Source of the DNA: Nitrososphaerota archaeon
GTDB lineage: Archaea; Thermoproteota; Nitrososphaeria_A; Caldarchaeales; Calditenuaceae
Length of the DNA stretch: 64,000 bases
Reading direction: 5' to 3'
Assembly: GCA_038845265.1 (NCBI GenBank)
Contig: JAWBQR010000006.1
Span: forward strand, 56,637 to 120,636
The notes beneath the pieces are model-generated. The model was not told where the DNA came from. It saw only the letters and a program-made list of their open reading frames with translations, and made no database searches. Below, one piece after another: positions 49,214 to 58,468 of this stretch; position 1 is the first letter of the stretch; each line of letters starts with the position of its first letter. Made by a program: the position numbers and the translations under genes.

Positions 49214-50200
49214 GTGTCAGAAGTCTGGTGTAAAGTACCATCCAGCAGTGCTAATCTAGGACCGGGCTTCGACGTTTTTTCCATGGCTCTTAGTGAACCT
49301 ACATTATTTATAGGTGCCAAGTTTACAGACAGTCCGGCACCTGTTGAGATTGATGTGGTGGCGGGTAAGTACGCGAATGAGATCTCCCTTAGTCCGGAAA
49401 AGAATGCCGCGGGAATTGCGGCCAATCTTTTGCTACGTAAGTTGCAATTGAACAAACATGTTAAGATCATGATTAAAGCAAACATACCTGTGCGAAAGGG
49501 CCTAGGCGCCTCTGGGGCTGAGGCAGTGGGTGCTATTGTTGCACTTTCTGCTCTGTTTGAACTTGATATAAAGCCGATGGAGGTCGTCGAACTGGCATCA
49601 AGTGTTGAGCCTGAGGGACATGCAGATAATGTTGCAGCATCTATGCTTGGTGGAATAAACATTATCAGTAGATTGAATGGTAAATTGGATTTATTGACAT
49701 TGCAGCCTCCCACCAATCTGGGACTTGTTGTAATTGTGCCCAATATTGCTAAGGTATCAACAGAGTCAGCGAGAAGAGTGATTCCATCAATGGTTAAGAT
49801 GAGAGACTGCGTCAGGAATGTTTCACAAGCCTCTATGATAGTTGCAGGTCTACTTTACGGTGATTTGGGGAGAGTCTTTAGATATGTCTCGTTTGACTAT
49901 GTAGTTGAGGCATCTAGAGCGGATGCGGGAGTATATGGCGAGGGCTATAGCTGGAAAACACTCCTTGAGGAAAAACAGACACTTCTCGATGAATACAATG
50001 TTGCACTTACGATCAGCGGAGCCGGTCCATCTAGGCTTCTTTGGTATGACCTTTACGAGAATCCTGAAAATACCCCTGGGCGACCAATTGACAAGGCCGT
50101 AAAATTAGTCACAGATAATCTAGAGAAACATGGATACAAGGTCGAAGAGATAATTTATACTAGGCCAGCGAGGCAGGGCGCAACTTTAGTCACTTTTTAG
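49214..50200 (+). CDS. thrB: Homoserine kinase
   Basis: PSSSANLGPGFD, PVRKGLGASGA, HADNVA, ISGAGPS. Confidence 0.9.
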   Translation: MSEVWCKVPSSSANLGPGFDVFSMALSEPTLFIGAKFTDSPAPVEIDVVAGKYANEISLSPEKNAAGIAANLLLRKLQLNKHVKIMIKANIPVRKGLGASGAEAVGAIVALSALFELDIKPMEVVELASSVEPEGHADNVAASMLGGINIISRLNGKLDLLTLQPPTNLGLVVIVPNIAKVSTESARRVIPSMVKMRDCVRNVSQASMIVAGLLYGDLGRVFRYVSFDYVVEASRADAGVYGEGYSWKTLLEEKQTLLDEYNVALTISGAGPSRLLWYDLYENPENTPGRPIDKAVKLVTDNLEKHGYKVEEIIYTRPARQGATLVTF

Positions 50201-50354
50201 CTTTGTCCTTGATCACATATACATGTTTTCCTCTTGGAGTAACAATCAATACGGCATGGCAAAATTTGCAGCGATAATAAAGGTTCTCTCCACCCTCCGT
50301 TCTCTGAGAGCCCAAATATTCAAGATCACTATGGGCACATTCTTTTTCTTCCAA
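50190..50354 (-). CDS. 54-aa Cys/His microprotein, putative zinc finger (not in ORF track)
   Basis: Manual translation: MEEKECAHSDLEYLGSQRTEGGENLYYRCKFCHAVLIVTPRGKHVYVIKDKAKK; TTG start; TTTATAA box 26-32 nt upstream (50380-50386). Confidence 0.65.
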   Translation of the reverse strand: MEEKECAHSDLEYLGSQRTEGGENLYYRCKFCHAVLIVTPRGKHVYVIKDKAKK

Positions 50355-50466
50355 CTGTTAGGTTCATATACAATTGGCCTTATAAAATTTTAGCATCTAT
50401 GACGATTCTTAAGAGTACTGGAAAAATAAGATAAATTAGGACGAATTGCCTAATGCTGTTCTTGGT

Positions 50467-50563
50467 GGGGCCGTAGTCTAGCATGGCTATGACGCCAGCC
50501 TGGGGAAGAATAATTCGGCCTCCAGAGCGCTGGAGGTCCTGGGTTCAAATCCCAGCGGCCCCA
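50467..50563 (+). tRNA. tRNA-Pro(GGG) with 22-nt intron at 37/38 (intron 50506-50527)
   Basis: GGGGCCG/CGGCCCC acceptor stem; CCAGC/GCTGG anticodon stem; perfect BHB helix CTGG:CCAG; GTTCAAATC T-loop. Confidence 0.95.
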
Positions 50564-50578
50564 CTTCCCCCAGACCAC

Positions 50579-51496
50579 TTATTGGTTGCTGCTCATCACT
50601 CTATGCTTGGATAGTTGTTCAAGAACTGTTATGAGGGATTGTGTCCCGCATTTTCCCATGCCATTCTCTACCAATGACTTAACAAGTTGGTATGTGATTG
50701 TCGTTCCGAAAAGAGGTAATCCTAGCTGCTCAGAAACCTCGGAAATAATTTTCAAGTCCTTTCTAAGATGCTCAGCTTTAAATCCAGGTGTGAAGTCCTT
50801 AGCCACGATCTTTGGTCCCAGATTTAGCAATTGCCATGATGATCCTGCTCCTGATCCGATAACCTCTATTACCTTTAGGAGGTCTAGGCCGGCTTTGGAG
50901 GCAAGCAAGATAGCTTCACAAGTACCTAGGAGATTCAAAGATACCGCTATTTGATTACATAGTTTTGTGAATTGTCCTGCTCCATTATTTCCCATGTAAT
51001 GAATATTCTTGCCCATACATCGGAGTATTGGAAGGCTTCTCTCAAAGGCTTCTCGTGGCCCACCTACCATTATTGTTAATGTTCCTGCCTCAGCTGCAGG
51101 GGTGCTTCCACTCACAGGCGCGTCAAGATAATATATTCCTTTTTGCCTTAGTACTTCAGCTATTTTTATCTCGGTAAAAGGTGATATTGTTGACATGTTA
51201 ATAACGATTAAGTCTTTATTTGCGCCTTCATATATTCCGTCTGGGCCTAAAACCACCTTTTCAACGTCAGGTGAGTCCGGCAGCATCAGTATTACAAATT
51301 CAGATTTGCAAGCTACATCTTTCGGTGAATCTGCAGCTTTTGCTCCGAGGGCTACGAGCTCCTCAACTGGTCCCCTGCTTCTGTTAAAAACTAATAGTTC
51401 ATGACCGTTTTGAAGTATTCTCTTAGACATTGGTTTACCCATGAGGCCAAGGCCAATAAATCCTACCCTACTCACGTAGTTATTCTGCAAATGCAA
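50579..51496 (-). CDS. NAD-dependent beta-hydroxyacid dehydrogenase (2-hydroxy-3-oxopropionate reductase / 3-hydroxyisobutyrate DH family)
   Basis: GFIGLGLMG, DAPVSG, GAGQFTKLCNQ and KDL motifs. Confidence 0.9.
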   Translation of the reverse strand: MHLQNNYVSRVGFIGLGLMGKPMSKRILQNGHELLVFNRSRGPVEELVALGAKAADSPKDVACKSEFVILMLPDSPDVEKVVLGPDGIYEGANKDLIVINMSTISPFTEIKIAEVLRQKGIYYLDAPVSGSTPAAEAGTLTIMVGGPREAFERSLPILRCMGKNIHYMGNNGAGQFTKLCNQIAVSLNLLGTCEAILLASKAGLDLLKVIEVIGSGAGSSWQLLNLGPKIVAKDFTPGFKAEHLRKDLKIISEVSEQLGLPLFGTTITYQLVKSLVENGMGKCGTQSLITVLEQLSKHRVMSSNQ

Positions 51497-51538
51497 TGCT
51501 TTAACTTTTTATATCGTGATGTACAAATTGGAATAGTT

Positions 51539-52060
51539 TTGAAGGAACGTAAAGTCTACTTAGACGTATTGAAAAGTTGGCTATCTAGATTAACGATTGT
51601 ATGCAATAACGAGGGAATTATCGTCGTGAGTTTTAAAAGTACAGAACAAGTCTCAAAAGAACTTTTATCGAAAGGATTTACGATCATTAAATCTACTGAT
51701 AACGAACTTTTACTGGAAGCAAAGATGCAATTAACTGAATACTTATCAGGTTGGAGAAGAGGTTTTAACCTTCCGCTTAATATTAAAGGAACTGATTTTC
51801 AACTAAATGTCTGGAAAGAGGCGATGAAGATCCCTTACGGAGAGACGATTAGTTACTCAGAGTTAGCGTCGCGTATTGGATCCCCGCGGGCGAGTAGGGC
51901 TGCCGGGGCAGCACTTGCATCTAACCCGACGGTAATAATAGTGCCTTGCCACAGAGTTATTAGAAAGTCAGGGGATCTTGGCGGTTTTAGTGGAAAATTA
52001 GGAATTAAGAGAAAGCTATTAGTCCTCGAGAGGCATGGTAGACACTCGGTAATCAATTGA
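51539..52060 (+). CDS. ogt: Methylated-DNA--protein-cysteine methyltransferase
   Basis: GTDFQ..VW, IPYGETISY, PCHRV active site. Start moved to TTG 51539 because the track start 51401 overlaps the divergent gene and a TATA lies at ~51506-51514. Confidence 0.9.
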   Translation: MKERKVYLDVLKSWLSRLTIVCNNEGIIVVSFKSTEQVSKELLSKGFTIIKSTDNELLLEAKMQLTEYLSGWRRGFNLPLNIKGTDFQLNVWKEAMKIPYGETISYSELASRIGSPRASRAAGAALASNPTVIIVPCHRVIRKSGDLGGFSGKLGIKRKLLVLERHGRHSVIN

Positions 52061-52138
52061 TAAGACTCTAAGCAATGGATAATTATGGGAACGATACCTC
52101 TATATCTCATATTGCATGTTTATTTTTCAGTATAAAGA

Positions 52139-53716
52139 ATGGCGGCAAAGAGGGTTAGTCTGCCATCGTCAGAGGAGAGACACATAGAGTTCAAAGAGAA
52201 GTTATTATCATCTGTGCACTTAAGGAGTGAGAGGAGGCAGCATCTAGCCACTCAGATGAAGTCAAAATTGAATGAAGGTAATGGATTGGCAGTCTATTTA
52301 TTAGGTGTTACAGATGATGGAGATCCTCTTGGGCTCTCGGATATAGAGCTCGAAGAAAGCCTCGCCGTCCTGAGATCTATAGCGACTGAGGTAGGAGCTG
52401 TAATTGATAGAATAGAGAGATATGAAGGTGAGCGAGGTGCAATTGCTAAGGTAATAATAAAGAGCTATACGCCCATAACTAAAAGACACATAGTTGTTGC
52501 AGTTGCAGGACATGTGAACCACGGGAAATCCACCTTGATAGCCTGCTTGATGACTGGCCAGCCTGATGACGGACGTAAATGGTTGTACTTGGATACCCTT
52601 CCACATGAAATTGAGAGAAACCTTTCTGCAGACTTGCATTTTGCATTGCTTGGATTTAAGGATGGGCGTCCAATATTGATGAAAAATCCGCTTGATAAGT
52701 CGGAGAAAATTAAGGTAGCCTCGATGGCTGATAAATTGTTAAGCTTTGTGGACACCGTTGGACATGAACCGTGGTTAAGAACTACTATTAGAGGACTTGT
52801 TGGACAAGAAGTCGATTATGGATTATTGATAGTTGCTGCTGATGATGGACCCACCCACATAACAAAGGAGCACCTCGGAATAATGCTTGCGTTAGGGCTG
52901 CCTATAATTGTGTGTATTTCTAAAATTGATAAGGTATCAATGGAAAGACGGGTAGAGGTTAGAGACGAGGTTTCACGACTGCTTAAGAGAGTAGGCAGAG
53001 TCCCTCTATTAATCAAGGATAGAAATGATATAGAGCTGGTCATTGATAAAATGAATATAGTGGTGCCAATCATTGAGACATCTTCGGTCACACTATCAGG
53101 CTATGAACACTTGTATGATTTGCTTTCAATGCTCCCTGCCCGGTCGAAATCAATAGACCAGCCATTCCTATTATACATCGACCGTGTGTACAATATTGAG
53201 GGTGTTGGGAGTGTTGTCTCAGGAAGCATCATGCAGGGTAAGTTGAAGGCGGGGAGCGACCTCTTAATTGGTCCTGACCCTAAAGGAGTATTCAGGCCAG
53301 TCAAGGCAAGAAGTATAGAGATGCATTATACAAGAGTTGCTGAGGCAGAAGCTGGCTATATCGTTGGGATAGCAATCCGAGGTATAAATCATGAAGAGAT
53401 TAGGAGAGGGATGGTTCTCTGCGACGCTTCGCTAATGCCTCGAGCTGTGTGGAGCTTTAAGGCTGACCTATTAATACTTACTCATCCGACAAGAGTTGCA
53501 AATGGATATGAGCCTGTATTGCATTGCCACACGATTTCTCAAACAGTTAAATTAAAGCTGATAGATAGAGAATACCTAAAGCCTGGCGAACAAGGAGAAG
53601 TCATAATGGAGTTTAAATATTCACCATGTCTAATCAGAGAAGGAGACAAGTTCGTTATAAGGGAAGGCAGAACAAAAGGCATAGGACAAGTTACAAAGAT
53701 ATTGAGATATGCATAA
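52139..53716 (+). CDS. Archaeal GTPBP1-like translational GTPase with N-terminal AlbA/Schlafen-like domain
   Basis: IEFKE...LGVTDDG; GHVNHGKST, DTVGHE, SKID; EF-Tu-like domains II-III. Confidence 0.85.
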   Translation: MAAKRVSLPSSEERHIEFKEKLLSSVHLRSERRQHLATQMKSKLNEGNGLAVYLLGVTDDGDPLGLSDIELEESLAVLRSIATEVGAVIDRIERYEGERGAIAKVIIKSYTPITKRHIVVAVAGHVNHGKSTLIACLMTGQPDDGRKWLYLDTLPHEIERNLSADLHFALLGFKDGRPILMKNPLDKSEKIKVASMADKLLSFVDTVGHEPWLRTTIRGLVGQEVDYGLLIVAADDGPTHITKEHLGIMLALGLPIIVCISKIDKVSMERRVEVRDEVSRLLKRVGRVPLLIKDRNDIELVIDKMNIVVPIIETSSVTLSGYEHLYDLLSMLPARSKSIDQPFLLYIDRVYNIEGVGSVVSGSIMQGKLKAGSDLLIGPDPKGVFRPVKARSIEMHYTRVAEAEAGYIVGIAIRGINHEEIRRGMVLCDASLMPRAVWSFKADLLILTHPTRVANGYEPVLHCHTISQTVKLKLIDREYLKPGEQGEVIMEFKYSPCLIREGDKFVIREGRTKGIGQVTKILRYA

Positions 53717-54782
53717 GAGTAATTTAGGACAAGCCAATAGATCATCTTATGGATTAGAGGTAGATAAGTCAGATGCAGAAAAAATTAGAAAGATACTCGT
53801 GAATGAGAATCTTTTAGATGAATCATTACGCATTCTTAAGCTTGGACAGTCTATAGTTTTTCCAGTAAAAAACATTGATCGAGTAAAGTCCCTAACGACT
53901 AATCTTAAATTTTTTAGGATTGAGATATTTAATTTTCCAATCAAGCAAAGACGTCCAAGAACTCTTAAGGAGGCGTTAGCAGAAATATTGGAAAATAGTA
54001 AGTTATCACTATTACCATCCTCTTATGATGTTGTTGGGGATATAGCGATCATCCAGCTTAGGCCAGAAATCGAGTCAATATCCAAGGATATAGCAGTAGG
54101 CATCATGAGGATTAATCCATCAATTAAAGTTGTGCTCGGCGAAAAGGGCAAAATAAGCGGTACATATAGGCTACCACAACTCGTACACTTGGCTGGTGAG
54201 GAAAGAACGAGGACAATCCATAAAGAAAATTCCTGCATCTTTGAGTTAGACGTCTCGAGGGTATACTTTTCTCCAAGGCTGTCCAATGAGCGGAGAAGAA
54301 TCTATGAACAAGTAGATAGCGATGAAGTGGTCATCGACATGTTTGCCGGCGTAGGTCCATTCAGCATTGAGATTGCCCATCATAGAGGCGCCAAAGTGAA
54401 GGCAATAGAGATAAATCCAGTTGCATATGAATTTCTTAAACACAATATCCAGCTAAATAGAGTTGATAGACTCGTAGAGCCGATTCTTGGAGACGCTGCT
54501 TCAGTTGTTCTGAAATTCAAAAGTTATGCTGACCGAATAATAATGAATTATCCAGTCGGGTCCCTTGACTACCTAGAACATGCCGTTGAAGCATTAAAAC
54601 CCTGCGGAACAATTCATATCTACGGCTTCTCGGAATCGGTAAACCAGTGGCTTAGAGCTGTAAGCACGAGATTGAATCAATTGGGAGTTGATGACTATAG
54701 GATCACTGGAAAATTGGTCAGAGAAGTAGCTCCGAGGAGATACAACGTAGTGGCAGACGTAAAATTAGCCTTTGACCCCTAG
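53709..54782 (+). CDS. trm5: tRNA (guanine-37) methyltransferase, Trm5/TYW2 family
   Basis: YDVVGDIAI, VYFSPRL, DMFAGVGPF and IIMNYP motifs. Confidence 0.85.
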   Translation: MHKSNLGQANRSSYGLEVDKSDAEKIRKILVNENLLDESLRILKLGQSIVFPVKNIDRVKSLTTNLKFFRIEIFNFPIKQRRPRTLKEALAEILENSKLSLLPSSYDVVGDIAIIQLRPEIESISKDIAVGIMRINPSIKVVLGEKGKISGTYRLPQLVHLAGEERTRTIHKENSCIFELDVSRVYFSPRLSNERRRIYEQVDSDEVVIDMFAGVGPFSIEIAHHRGAKVKAIEINPVAYEFLKHNIQLNRVDRLVEPILGDAASVVLKFKSYADRIIMNYPVGSLDYLEHAVEALKPCGTIHIYGFSESVNQWLRAVSTRLNQLGVDDYRITGKLVREVAPRRYNVVADVKLAFDP

Positions 54783-54829
54783 GCAAAAGACTTATTGGGA
54801 TAATATGTCTATATGTTTTTGAAAGATCC

Positions 54830-55870
54830 TTGGGCGTAAAGCTGGGCGATATAATTCCTTCACAAGCAGTTGAGAAGGTTGAACTTAAATTCTTTAAAAA
54901 TAAACCGATAGCAATAGACGGATACAACATCCTCTATCAATTTATCTCTACCATCAGGGGTCCTGATGGAAGACCACTAATGGACTCAAGGGGTAGAATA
55001 ACTAGTCATTTAAGTGGGCTGTTCTTTAGGACAGTAAACTTCCTAGAAGTAGGTATGAAGCCTGTATATGTATTTGATGGTCAACCACCGCAGCTAAAAA
55101 GAGAAACGATTCAGAAAAGAATTGCGCTTAGAAAGGCGGCTGAGGAAAAATATGTAATGGCAATAGCGGCTGGAGATGTCGAGTCTGCCAGAAAATATGC
55201 CGCGCAGGCAGCTTCCTTAGAGAAATATATGGTCGAGTCATCTATCGAGTTGCTGGATGCACTTGGCATTCCCTATATAATTGCTCCTTCAGAAGGCGAA
55301 GCCCAGGCAGCATATATGGCTCGCATGGGGCATGTCTGGGGATCGGCAAGCCAAGACTATGACTCGATCCTGTTTGGGTCACCGAGACTTGTAAGGAATT
55401 TGTCTATTGTCGGTAGGCGTAAACTTCCCGGTAAGAAAACATATGTCGAGGTAGAAATTGAGGTTATTTATGCTGATAAACTTTTTTCTGAATTGGGTAT
55501 AGGGAGGGATGAATTAATAGAAATGGCTATCTTAATAGGGACAGACTACTTCGAGGGCATCAAAGGCATTGGTCCTAAAAAGGCCTACAATTACATAAAG
55601 CAATATGGCAAAGTAGAGAGGGTTTTAATCTCGATAAATGAAACTTTACAGTTTGATTTAGAAGCAGTAAGGGAGCTCTTTAGAAATCCAGAAGTTACAA
55701 ATAACTACAAGTTAGAATGGAAGGAGATTGATAAAGAGAGGGTAAAGAGAATTCTATGTGACGAGCATGATTTTTCTGAAGAAAGAATAGACAAGGCCCT
55801 GGCGTCGGTTATTGAAACGACGAAAGAAACAAAGGCAGAGACGAGGCTTGATGAATGGTTTTCGGGTTAA
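54830..55870 (+). CDS. fen: Flap endonuclease 1
   Basis: MGVKLGD, AIDGYN, VFDG, EGEAQA, SQDYD, GTDY; C-terminal PIP-like ETRLDEWF. Confidence 0.95.
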   Translation: MGVKLGDIIPSQAVEKVELKFFKNKPIAIDGYNILYQFISTIRGPDGRPLMDSRGRITSHLSGLFFRTVNFLEVGMKPVYVFDGQPPQLKRETIQKRIALRKAAEEKYVMAIAAGDVESARKYAAQAASLEKYMVESSIELLDALGIPYIIAPSEGEAQAAYMARMGHVWGSASQDYDSILFGSPRLVRNLSIVGRRKLPGKKTYVEVEIEVIYADKLFSELGIGRDELIEMAILIGTDYFEGIKGIGPKKAYNYIKQYGKVERVLISINETLQFDLEAVRELFRNPEVTNNYKLEWKEIDKERVKRILCDEHDFSEERIDKALASVIETTKETKAETRLDEWFSG

Positions 55871-56109
55871 GACTCTTCTTTATTAGCTATCTCGATTAAT
55901 TTTCTCTCCTCGTCTAGGCTTGTTACTCGAATATATCCAGTAATTTCAAGTTTAAGCAATGCATTTCTCAGTTCCCTTTGAGTTGCGTTGATCCCACGTT
56001 TTCTCAATGTCTCTAAAAGAGCCGACTCCAGCATCTTCCCATTATTTCTCTTAATTGTATCTAATACTTGTAAACAGAAATCAGATCCCATGGTCATCAT
56101 AACGTCCAC
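55867..56109 (-). CDS. Small winged-helix-like protein downstream of cdc48
   Basis: 80 aa; helix pattern then LLKLEITGYIRV wing; co-oriented, 18 bp after cdc48. Confidence 0.6.
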   Translation of the reverse strand: MDVMMTMGSDFCLQVLDTIKRNNGKMLESALLETLRKRGINATQRELRNALLKLEITGYIRVTSLDEERKLIEIANKEES

Positions 56110-56127
56110 ATTAACGATACACGATAC

Positions 56128-58320
56128 CTAACCTATCATTGAGAGGGGCTTCTCCGTTGTCCTCAATGTTTCAGATAACTTCTCGTATTCCTTTAACATG
56201 CTTGGTGAAATGCTTGGTTTAACGATCTTAAGGGCCTCTTGGAAGTCAGCCCATGCAACGTAGGCAGCATCGCGGTCTCTTCTCAGGACTGCCATTCCTG
56301 CTTCTCTGCACAATGATTCTAGGTCTGCTCCGGAATACCCCTCAGTCATCGACGCTAACTTTTCCAAGGAGACATCTTCAGCGAGAGGCATTTTCTGGGT
56401 ATAGATCTTAAGTATTTGGAGTCTAGACTTTTCATCAGGTGGCGGTACATAGATTAATCTATCAAACCTTCCAGGTCTAAGTATTGCTGGATCCATTAGA
56501 TCGGGTCTGTTTGTAGCGCCTATTACAATTACGTCTCTTAGTTCCTCTATCCCATCCATCTCCGCTAATAGTTGGCTCGCCACTCTGTGGGTTACGCCTG
56601 AACTATCATCAAGGATATCCTTCCTAGGCACGATTGTCTCTATCTCGTCGAGAAATATCACACATGGAGCAGCTTGTCTTGCTTTTCTGAAGACTTCTCT
56701 TATCGCTTTTTCAGACTCCCCTACCCACTTAGAGTATATTTCAGGCCCCTTGATTGTGATGAAGTTTGCCTCTGCTTCTGTTGCTACTGCTTTAGCTAGC
56801 AGTGTCTTTCCACATCCGGGAGGGCCATAGAGAAGAATGCCCTTCGGTGGCTTTATTCCTAGTCTCTCAAACTTTTCAGGATATTCGAGGGGCCATTGAA
56901 TAGCCTCGATTAATCTCTGCTTTACTTCATGAAGTCCTCCAATATCTTCCCAATGCACCGTGGGTGTCTCTATCTCGACTTCTCGAAGCGCAGTGGGTGT
57001 TATTTCCTTATATGCCTCAATAAAGTCCTTCATTGTAACCTCCAGCGTGTTTAGGAGTTCTGGAGATATCCTATCTTCATTAAAGTCAATGCTTGGAAGT
57101 ATTCTTCTAATGCATTTCATGGCCGCCTCTCGGCAGAGCGCTGCTAAGTCTGCGCCGGTATATCCCTTAGTGATCTCGGCTAGTTTATCTAGAGAGACGT
57201 CAGAAGATAATGGCATTCCCCGTGTATGTATCTGTAGGATTTCTTTCCTTCCCCTCTTGTCCGGAATGCCGATCTCGATCTCGCGGTCAAACCTACCTGG
57301 TCTCCGAAGTGCGGGGTCAAGTGCATTTGGTCTATTTGTTGCGCCTATCACGATTACCTGTCCCCTACTTTCGAGACCGTCCATCAATGCTAATAGCTGA
57401 GCGACTACGCGTTTCTCGACTTCTCCTGTAACTTCACTTCTCTTAGGTGCTATTGCATCTATTTCATCGATAAATATGATACTTGGAGCTTCTTCCTCGG
57501 CTTTCCTAAATATCTCTCGTAGTTTTGCCTCAGTCTCTCCATAATACTTATTCATTATCTCCGGACCGTTTATCAGGATGAAGTTTGCTTCTGCTTCTGT
57601 TGCTACTGCTTTAGCTAGCAGTGTCTTTCCACATCCAGGAGGACCGTAGAGCAATACTCCCTTCGGCGGATCTATACCAAGTCTCTGGAAGAGTTCTGGG
57701 TATCTTAATGGCAATTCAATCATTTCTCTTATTCGCTGTATCTGTTCTTGAAGTCCGCCAATATCCTCATATGTAACATTTGTGCTAAGTGCCTTTTCTT
57801 GGATTGCTCTGCTATGAATAACGACCTTAGTCTTAGGAGTTATCTTTACAACGCCCGTAGGCCTAGTTTGAAGGACCGCGAAGTTAAATAAATTTCCAAA
57901 GAACAGGACGGGTACAACATTTTTCTGGACAATCGGATATTCTATCAGTCTACTCTTAACAAGCTTAGTGAAATTCTCGTCGGGTTTAATTGAGTTATTA
58001 ACAGGCGCAAGGACAACCATCTGCGCCTCCTTAACATTAGCTTTTCTTACTATCACATAATCATTAAGTGACACTCCTGCATTGCTTCTTATGTATCCAT
58101 CAATCCTGATAATGTCTTTCTCATCCTCTAAATATCCAAGCCAGAGAGTTGCGGCGGCTAGCTTCTTGCCCTTAATCTCTATTATGTCGCCGGTTGATAA
58201 TCCGGCTGATGCACCAACGTCACGATCAATTCTTGCAATTCCATAACCAACATCTCGTTGTCGCGCCTCCGCAACTCTTAATCTTAACTCCTTGACCTGT
58301 GACGATGCTTGATTGCTCAT
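56128..58320 (-). CDS. cdc48: CDC48/VCP/VAT AAA+ ATPase
   Basis: N domain plus two AAA modules (GPPGCGKT twice; IDEID/LDEIE; RPGRFDR twice). Confidence 0.96.
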   Translation of the reverse strand: MSNQASSQVKELRLRVAEARQRDVGYGIARIDRDVGASAGLSTGDIIEIKGKKLAAATLWLGYLEDEKDIIRIDGYIRSNAGVSLNDYVIVRKANVKEAQMVVLAPVNNSIKPDENFTKLVKSRLIEYPIVQKNVVPVLFFGNLFNFAVLQTRPTGVVKITPKTKVVIHSRAIQEKALSTNVTYEDIGGLQEQIQRIREMIELPLRYPELFQRLGIDPPKGVLLYGPPGCGKTLLAKAVATEAEANFILINGPEIMNKYYGETEAKLREIFRKAEEEAPSIIFIDEIDAIAPKRSEVTGEVEKRVVAQLLALMDGLESRGQVIVIGATNRPNALDPALRRPGRFDREIEIGIPDKRGRKEILQIHTRGMPLSSDVSLDKLAEITKGYTGADLAALCREAAMKCIRRILPSIDFNEDRISPELLNTLEVTMKDFIEAYKEITPTALREVEIETPTVHWEDIGGLHEVKQRLIEAIQWPLEYPEKFERLGIKPPKGILLYGPPGCGKTLLAKAVATEAEANFITIKGPEIYSKWVGESEKAIREVFRKARQAAPCVIFLDEIETIVPRKDILDDSSGVTHRVASQLLAEMDGIEELRDVIVIGATNRPDLMDPAILRPGRFDRLIYVPPPDEKSRLQILKIYTQKMPLAEDVSLEKLASMTEGYSGADLESLCREAGMAVLRRDRDAAYVAWADFQEALKIVKPSISPSMLKEYEKLSETLRTTEKPLSMIG
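56758..56817. repeat. 60-nt repeat, copy 1 (cdc48 D2 Walker A region)
   Basis: Matches 57577-57636 at 59/60 nt. Confidence 0.9.
57577..57636. repeat. 60-nt repeat, copy 2 (cdc48 D1 Walker A region)
   Basis: Matches 56758-56817 at 59/60 nt. Confidence 0.9.
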
Positions 58321-58468
58321 CTTCTTACACTAATACGTCGAGTCTCTTATTTAAGTTGTATTTCAGCAATCAATGAATGTTCTTAAAATATTTTGATTAA
58401 ATGACGTTAATCATTAAAGATTTTTTAAATACTTATTTAAGACTCAATAATCAGACTCGTTACGAATT

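Noticed and set aside
50436-50453. TTAGG-N8-CCTAA upstream of tRNA-Pro as a second DtxR box
   Set aside because: Spacer is 8 nt, not 5, and there is no metal-related gene; likely chance.
42743-50563. tRNA-anchored integrated element
   Set aside because: No integrase, no duplicated tRNA 3' end seen, and the interval contains core genes (archease, thrB, SPOUT).
51401-51538. N-terminal extension of Ogt overlapping the divergent dehydrogenase gene
   Set aside because: Head-to-head overlap plus an internal TATA box indicates an over-extended ORF call.
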